Source of the DNA: a virus
Taxonomy: Duplodnaviria; Heunggongvirae; Uroviricota; Caudoviricetes
Length of the DNA: 12,766 nt
Virus record (IMG/VR): IMGVR_UViG_3300007747_000033
Reading direction: 5' to 3' (one strand)
In this document: positions 8,388 through 12,766 of the stretch, one piece after another
Position numbering within the stretch: the first letter of the stretch is position 1
Layout: each line of letters begins with the position of its first letter
Translations under genes and position numbers: made by a program
Notes under the pieces: generated by a model
Database searches by the model: none
Told to the model about the DNA's origin: nothing
The model's input: the letters and a program-made list of their open reading frames with translations, nothing else

Positions 8388-8408
8388 GGGGCTTCGGCCC
8401 CATTTTTA
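8388..8408 (+). terminator. Rho-independent terminator after the major capsid gene
   Basis: GGGGC (8388-8392), TTCG loop, GCCCC (8397-8401), then ATTTTTA. Starts 11 nt after the capsid stop. Confidence 0.65.
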
Positions 8409-8419
8409 ATGGGGGGCAT

Positions 8420-8596
8420 ATGGCCGGATTAACTAAAGAGCAAAGAGCACAGCGTGAAGCCGCACAAAAAACGCAAATTGAGTTAGTGGTTATGGTGACC
8501 GATTATCAGATGTTTCCCGGCGCACCAACTATCGCTAATGTTCATCCTGATGAAGTTGACAACTGGAAGGCTATGGGCTGGAAAACTCAGGAGTAA
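8420..8596 (+). CDS. Small hypothetical protein (58 aa), not in the supplied ORF track
   Basis: ATG 8420 just after GGGGGG (8411-8416); translation MAGLTKEQRAQREAAQKTQIELVVMVTDYQMFPGAPTIANVHPDEVDNWKAMGWKTQE; stop TAA 8594-8596. Fills the capsid-connector gap exactly, with the next gene's SD (AGGAG 8588-8592) inside its 3' end. Confidence 0.45.
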   Translation: MAGLTKEQRAQREAAQKTQIELVVMVTDYQMFPGAPTIANVHPDEVDNWKAMGWKTQE

Positions 8597-8599
8597 CAC

Positions 8600-8995
8600 A
8601 TGATCACTTACGTGACCTGTGATGACGTTGATAATGCGTTTGGGAACGCCTGGACGAGTGAGAACGCTAAAAATAAAGCTGTTTTAATGGCTAATGCCTG
8701 GCTTAATGGCTTCAACCTGAAAATTAACCCATCCCGTATTCCGGAAGAGGTAAAACTTGCGGGAGCATATGCAGCCAGAATTGCCTCATTCGGTAAGTTG
8801 TTTCAGCAGAAAAATGATTCTGGCGTTGTTATCAGTAAAGCCGTGTCGGCTGACGGGGTCAGTGTATCGAAATCATTTTCTGAGTTGCCAGCAAACAGCA
8901 CTGCATTGCTTGAACCCGATTTACAGCTTGCGATAGCACTGCTGAAACCGTACGGACTTAGTCGCTCACAAGTCAGGGTTGTGAGGGGGGGATAA
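8600..8995 (+). CDS. Putative head-tail connector / adaptor protein (gp6-like)
   Basis: ATG 8600 after AGGAG. 131 aa, first gene after the capsid module. N-terminus (ITYVTCDDVDNAF...AVLMANAWL) resembles connector-protein N-termini. Assigned mainly by synteny. Confidence 0.45.
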   Translation: MITYVTCDDVDNAFGNAWTSENAKNKAVLMANAWLNGFNLKINPSRIPEEVKLAGAYAARIASFGKLFQQKNDSGVVISKAVSADGVSVSKSFSELPANSTALLEPDLQLAIALLKPYGLSRSQVRVVRGG

Positions 8996-9378
8996 TGGGG
9001 CTTCGTGAAGAGATTCAGTCAGAGGTTGCCGCTGCTTTTGATGAGGATTTAGCGGACGCCGTGAGTGATTTTTCTGGTTCTTACGTTACGCACCGGCACT
9101 GGGATCCTGTGACGGAAACTGGCGGCGAATCCACCGCAATCTATACCGGGCGAGGCGTGTTGACACGTTATAAGCTGGGCAGAATTGATGGGATTAATAT
9201 TTTGCATGGTGACCTTAAATTAACCGCTCTGGTATGCGAGGTTACGGATAAACCAGCTGTCGACCATATTATTGAGATTTATGATCCTGTATCAAGGCAG
9301 TTACAACGATACGAGGTAATTACAGCAAGTGTAGATCCTTCCGCATCAGTTTACTCTATCCAGTTAAGGAGAGCGTAA
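8995..9378 (+). CDS. Hypothetical phage structural protein (head completion / head-tail joining by position)
   Basis: ATG 8995 overlaps the upstream TAA by 1 nt (TAATG) and follows GAGGGGGGG. 127 aa; no recognisable motif. Confidence 0.5.
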   Translation: MGLREEIQSEVAAAFDEDLADAVSDFSGSYVTHRHWDPVTETGGESTAIYTGRGVLTRYKLGRIDGINILHGDLKLTALVCEVTDKPAVDHIIEIYDPVSRQLQRYEVITASVDPSASVYSIQLRRA

Positions 9379-9759
9379 ATGGCAAAGGCATGGGATATAG
9401 AACCGTCAATATTTGCCGGGATGATTGAGGAAGATGTAGGGCTGAAGATTCGCTACATCGCTATTCAGATTCTTACTGCTATTGATATTGCTGCTCCGGT
9501 TGATACCGGACGTTTCAGAAATAACAACCTGGTGTCGTTACAGCATCCCGATTTTGGTATATCTGATAACGTGGATCCGAACGGTACGATTGCTGTTCAG
9601 CGTGGGATCGGGGTTATTTCGAAAGCTGCAAATTACGGGGTTATTTATATCCAGAATAACCTTCCTTATGCAGAGGCTCTTGAAAACGGTCATTCACAAC
9701 AAGCGCCAACTGGCGTGTATGCCAACGCTTTTCATGGTGTTTTACAGGCTTACAAATGA
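9379..9759 (+). CDS. Head-tail joining / tail component protein, HK97 gp10-like
   Basis: ATG 9379 immediately after the upstream TAA, with AAGGAG at 9367-9372. Contains VDTGRFRNN, resembling the DTGxLRxS signature I associate with the HK97 gp10 family. Confidence 0.55.
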   Translation: MAKAWDIEPSIFAGMIEEDVGLKIRYIAIQILTAIDIAAPVDTGRFRNNNLVSLQHPDFGISDNVDPNGTIAVQRGIGVISKAANYGVIYIQNNLPYAEALENGHSQQAPTGVYANAFHGVLQAYK

Positions 9760-10148
9760 AGTTTACTGAAATCAGAAATACGGTTATTTCCAGAATGACG
9801 GCACAGACGATTATTGATGGAAAAGACGTATTGTATCCGAACGGGCCAACGTTCGATCCTTCCGGTAAGTTAATCTGGGCGCGGTTAAGTAATATTCCCG
9901 GGCAAGCTGGAGTTAATGAAATTGGCGCGGGGCCGGTTGTTTATCGCACGGGGATAATCATTATTCAGTTATTTGTCCCCGCAGGTTCTGGTTCAAAACT
10001 CATTACTGAGACAGCCGATAAATTGCGGGAACTGTTTGAGTTTCAGGATGACGATCGTCTCAGTTACCAGGCTGTTTCCTCAATAGCCGTCGGCGAAAAG
10101 AATGGCTGGTTCCAGCTTAATCTTCAAATTCCATATCGCGCGCTCTAG
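9756..10148 (+). CDS. Putative tail completion / tail terminator protein
   Basis: ATGA start-stop overlap with the upstream gene (9756-9759). 130 aa, immediately upstream of the major tail gene. Assigned by synteny. Confidence 0.5.
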   Translation: MKFTEIRNTVISRMTAQTIIDGKDVLYPNGPTFDPSGKLIWARLSNIPGQAGVNEIGAGPVVYRTGIIIIQLFVPAGSGSKLITETADKLRELFEFQDDDRLSYQAVSSIAVGEKNGWFQLNLQIPYRAL

Positions 10149-10174
10149 CGCAATTAATGACATAGGAGGCTCCT

Positions 10175-11137
10175 GTGAGTTCAGGTGCAAAGGTTATCTC
10201 GGCATTTATCCGGGAGACAGTTGCAGGCACTACGCCAGCAAGTGGTGACTGGAGTTTATTAAAACGCACAAGCTGGGGAGTAAAACCCACCCAGAATAAA
10301 GGCGAAAATAATGAGATTGGTGGCTCCCGGATGGCTCAGGGGGCGACGCCTGGCACTGTGGATGTCGGCGGTGATGTTGGTACCAAATTTCGCTGGGGTC
10401 AACATGATGATTTTCTTGCATCCTGTTTCGGCGCGGAATGGTCAGGCGATTCTCTGACAATGGGGAATGAGCGAATAACATTTTCTCTGGCGACCTATGC
10501 GTCCGATGTCGGAATTGCCTCTGTCGTCAGAGGAGCGCAGGTTGGCTCATGGAAAATGCAGATCCCTAACGACGGCGATATTACAGCGACCGTAACCTTT
10601 GCCGGGCTGGGCTGGGAATCAAAGGCCGATGATACGAATTTTATCAAAGGCGAACCTGTGGATAGTGCAGGAAAGTTACGCTATTCGTTTAAGGCGGTTT
10701 CAGCAGTAAGCCTGAATGGTGTTGCCGGAGGTAACGGTTTTTGTATCGACAGTTTTGATATTCAGTTCGATAACAAACTCCAGACACAGCGTTGTATCGG
10801 GACCGGCTCGCCTTATGCAGGAGCAAATATTCCGACTACTTTTACACCGTCCGGTACGGTGACGCTTTCATGGTCTAAAGCCGCGTGGGAAATCTGGAGT
10901 AAAACACTGACTGGAGAAACAGTTCCGTTCAGCTTCACGCTTTCGAATGGAGAGGGGGCATACACTTTCAGTTTCCCGAAGGTTCAGGTGTCAGGTGAAT
11001 GGCCTGATGGGGGTAATACTGACATTATCCAGGTTCAATTGAGCATTACCGCAGCAGATGAAGCACCTACGATAACCAGAAAAAAATGCTCCCCGACTGC
11101 CGTGATCGCAAAAGCCAGTGCTGATGCGATTAGTTGA
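10175..11137 (+). CDS. Major tail (tube) protein
   Basis: GTG 10175, 5 nt after AGGAGG (10164-10169). 320 aa, Gly/Thr/Ser-rich beta-type composition. Directly upstream of the chaperone/frameshift pair and tape-measure gene. No sheath gene present, so siphovirus-type. Confidence 0.6.
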   Translation: MSSGAKVISAFIRETVAGTTPASGDWSLLKRTSWGVKPTQNKGENNEIGGSRMAQGATPGTVDVGGDVGTKFRWGQHDDFLASCFGAEWSGDSLTMGNERITFSLATYASDVGIASVVRGAQVGSWKMQIPNDGDITATVTFAGLGWESKADDTNFIKGEPVDSAGKLRYSFKAVSAVSLNGVAGGNGFCIDSFDIQFDNKLQTQRCIGTGSPYAGANIPTTFTPSGTVTLSWSKAAWEIWSKTLTGETVPFSFTLSNGEGAYTFSFPKVQVSGEWPDGGNTDIIQVQLSITAADEAPTITRKKCSPTAVIAKASADAIS

Positions 11138-11149
11138 TTTTCCGTTATT

Positions 11150-11176
11150 CCCCCTGTGGTACTGCACTACAGGGGG
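11150..11176 (+). promoter_or_regulatory. Stable hairpin between major tail and chaperone genes, no U-tract
   Basis: CCCCCTGTGGT (11150-11160), ACTGC loop, ACTACAGGGGG (11166-11176): 11-bp stem with one G-U pair. Followed by ACGCATTGA, not a T-run, so not a canonical intrinsic terminator. Confidence 0.4.
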
Positions 11177-11185
11177 ACGCATTGA

Positions 11186-11647
11186 ATGAGGTTATGGATG
11201 TTTATTCTTAATCAGAAAATTATCATCGGTGGAGAACGCTGGTTTACGCCAATGAAGGACTTAAAACCTATAGACGGGTTAAAACTGTTGGTGGCAAGCA
11301 GCGATAACGATCAGTATCGCTCCCGTAATGCATTAATCCGTCGTCACATTGAGAAAATGGATGCCAGTTTGCACGTCGGAACGAAGGAGTTTGATATTTC
11401 AAAGGTTTCCGAGGTAGATTCTGTTGATGATTTACTCATTGATAATGCTGCTCGTTATCTGCTGAAAGACTGGAAAGGGGTTGGTGAACTGGTTAATGGT
11501 GCTGAGGTTGCACTGGAATATACGCCAGAACGAGGGATCGCGCTGCTTAAGCAGAATCCAGAGTTGTACTGGCAGATCCTTGCAGAAGCAGCCAGCATCG
11601 CCCAGGGTAAAGAGCAGCAGAAGCAGGATACGATAAAAAAGCCATAG
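11186..11647 (+). CDS. Tail assembly chaperone (lambda G-like)
   Basis: 153-aa ORF between major tail and tape-measure genes; ends 4 nt after an A AAA AAG slippery heptamer; -1 frame stays open for a further 104 codons. Confidence 0.6.
   Translation: MRLWMFILNQKIIIGGERWFTPMKDLKPIDGLKLLVASSDNDQYRSRNALIRRHIEKMDASLHVGTKEFDISKVSEVDSVDDLLIDNAARYLLKDWKGVGELVNGAEVALEYTPERGIALLKQNPELYWQILAEAASIAQGKEQQKQDTIKKP
11635..11641 (+). promoter_or_regulatory. Programmed -1 ribosomal frameshift slippery site A_AAA_AAG
   Basis: Zero-frame codons ATA AAA AAG (11633-11641) give the classic heptamer at 11635-11641, followed by CCA TAG. The -1 frame is open from 11611 to the stop at 11953-11955. Confidence 0.6.
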
Positions 11648-11955
11648 CCGCCCAGCGGTGGTTATCGGAGTTCGGGGGAGAAAGGGGGGAAAAGGCAAGA
11701 TGGAAGCGAGAAAAACTCAGGTTGCCACCGATACCGGAACCAGAAATAGACCCGGTGCTTAAGGAATTGTTGTACGCCTATTCGGTAATATCCCGTGCCC
11801 GACGTTATGCTGGAATGACCGGGGTGCCTTTGCCTTTATCTCTGACAGAGATAAATGAATATTTAGCCACTCATCCGGTATTGATTGAGCGCGATGAGTT
11901 TGAAGCAGTGATCTTTGCACTGGATGACCAGTATTTTCAGGAGCAGTGTGTGTAG
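11635..11955 (+). CDS. -1 frame extension of the tail assembly chaperone (lambda GT-like fusion, ~256 aa with the upstream ORF)
   Basis: Track ORF 11722..11955 (TTG start) is in the -1 frame relative to 11186..11647, and that frame has no stop back to 11611. Conserved G/GT arrangement upstream of tape-measure genes. Confidence 0.5.
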   Translation, partial: KKAIAAQRWLSEFGGERGEKARWKREKLRLPPIPEPEIDPVLKELLYAYSVISRARRYAGMTGVPLPLSLTEINEYLATHPVLIERDEFEAVIFALDDQYFQEQCV

Positions 11956-12078
11956 TTGTTAATTACGTACACTCTGTTACAGAGATGTGATGGTGTCTTT
12001 AATTAAATCGATGATGCTCCTGGAGAAAAGCATTGCGTGGCCTCGTAATCGCTATATCTACTATTATGTCGCCTGAAA

Positions 12079-12098
12079 CCCACTTCGGTGGGCTTTTT
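12079..12098 (+). terminator. Candidate rho-independent terminator upstream of the tape-measure gene
   Basis: CCCAC (12079-12083), TTCG loop, GTGGG (12088-12092), then CTTTTTGTTG. Short 5-bp stem, so probably weak or partial. Confidence 0.5.
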
Positions 12099-12118
12099 GT
12101 TGTCTGGAGTTTTAATAA

Positions 12119-12706
12119 ATGGCAGAGCAAACCTCGCGTCTCGCAATAATTATTGATAGCACTGGAGCAAAAAATAATGCTGACAATCTGACCTCCTCAT
12201 TAGTCAAAATGACGCAGGCCGGGGAAACTGCTGCAAATAGCGCAGGGAAAGTGACTAAGGCAACAGAAGATGAGAAGAACGCGCTCGCAAAATTAAAAGC
12301 AGCTATTGATCCAGTTGGTGCCGCAATTGATACTGTCGGTCGACGCTATTCTGAATTAAAGAAATTTTTCGATAAAGGGATTATTGATAAAGAAGAATAT
12401 GAATTTCTTGTCCGTAAACTTAATGAAACCACAGAGGAATTGAGCGGGGTTGCGCAAGCGCAGAGAGAAGCCGAGAAGGCCGGAAAACTTGCTGCCGCCC
12501 AGCAGGAAGCGCAGACTCAGGCCTTTCAAAGAATGCTGGACAAGATCGACCCTCTGGCTGCGGCGCTAAGAAATCTTGAACAACAGCAGGATGAACTTAA
12601 TGCTGCGTTTGCATCCGGGAAAATAAATGGTTCTCAGTTTGAGAATTATAGCCGAAAAATACAGGAAACACGGCGAGTGAACCGCCCCGGGAATCCTGGA
12701 GACTAA
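12119..12706 (+). CDS. Tail tape-measure protein, N-terminal fragment truncated by IS insertion (native sequence ends at 12677; last 9-10 codons and stop are IS-derived)
   Basis: ATG 12119 after GGAG. Product is helical, Ala/Glu/Lys/Gln-rich and coiled-coil-like, as in tape-measure N-termini, and sits directly downstream of the chaperone/frameshift pair. The ORF runs into the IS end at 12678 and stops inside it (…[11 protein letters not shown]). Confidence 0.55.
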   Translation: MAEQTSRLAIIIDSTGAKNNADNLTSSLVKMTQAGETAANSAGKVTKATEDEKNALAKLKAAIDPVGAAIDTVGRRYSELKKFFDKGIIDKEEYEFLVRKLNETTEELSGVAQAQREAEKAGKLAAAQQEAQTQAFQRMLDKIDPLAAALRNLEQQQDELNAAFASGKINGSQFENYSRKIQETRRVNRPGNPGD

Positions 12707-12766
12707 ACTTCCTGAGAAAGAGGTAAACAGGATGACTAAAAATACTCGTTTTTCCCCTGAAGTCCG
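12678..12766 (+). mobile_element. Terminal 89 bp of an IS3-family insertion sequence (left end with start of orfA); the element continues beyond the right window edge
   Basis: Begins TGAACCGCCCCGGG; exact inverted copy of 2-90; contains AGAGGTAAACAGG followed by ATG at 12732. Confidence 0.75.
12732..12766 (+). CDS. IS3-family transposase OrfA, first 11 codons only (runs off the window)
   Basis: ATG ACT AAA AAT ACT CGT TTT TCC CCT GAA GTC = MTKNTRFSPEV. Confidence 0.6.
   Translation, partial: MTKNTRFSPEV

Noticed and set aside
1-12766. Terminal inverted repeats as crossover sites of a Gin/Hin/Cin-type DNA invertase (invertible segment)
   Set aside because: The repeats are about 89 bp and contain an IS3-type terminus plus a transposase start codon and N-terminus. 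No invertase gene or short (~26 bp) gix/hix-like sites are present. Any inversion would be by homologous recombination between IS copies.
1-12766. CRISPR arrays, tRNA or rRNA genes, integrase or attachment sites
   Set aside because: No regularly spaced direct repeats, no cloverleaf-compatible segments noticed, and no integrase-like ORF. The window appears to hold only late structural genes plus IS ends.
1-12766. Capsid-forming satellite (cf-PICI-like) or gene transfer agent interpretation
   Set aside because: The block encodes its own major tail protein, G/GT chaperone pair and tape-measure start, which argues for an ordinary siphovirus-type prophage module. Without flanking sequence a satellite cannot be excluded, but nothing in the sequence requires it.

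Overview
The window is a ~12.6 kb block of phage late (morphogenesis) genes, all on the + strand, in siphovirus-type order: a putative GT-A-like transferase, a small HTH protein, small and large terminase, portal, Mu-F/SPP1-gp7-like minor head protein, scaffold, major capsid, four head-tail connector/completion proteins, major tail tube protein, a tail assembly chaperone with a -1 frameshift extension, and the 5' part of a tape-measure gene. Both window edges are an exact 89-bp inverted repeat, which is the left end of an IS3-family insertion sequence (terminal TGAACC... plus the first 11-12 codons of orfA, MTKNTRFSPEV) facing inward on each side. The right-hand copy interrupts the tape-measure gene, so this looks like an IS-disrupted, probably defective prophage segment or an IS-bounded invertible block. 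Three intrinsic terminators with UUCG tetraloops sit inside the operon. No tRNA, rRNA or CRISPR array was seen. I did not find a clearly novel system; the most unusual items are the IS bracketing, the GT-A-like gene upstream of the terminase, and the atypical small terminase with a hexamer repeat cluster. All functional calls come from motif recognition, gene order and the supplied ORF track; no database search was possible.
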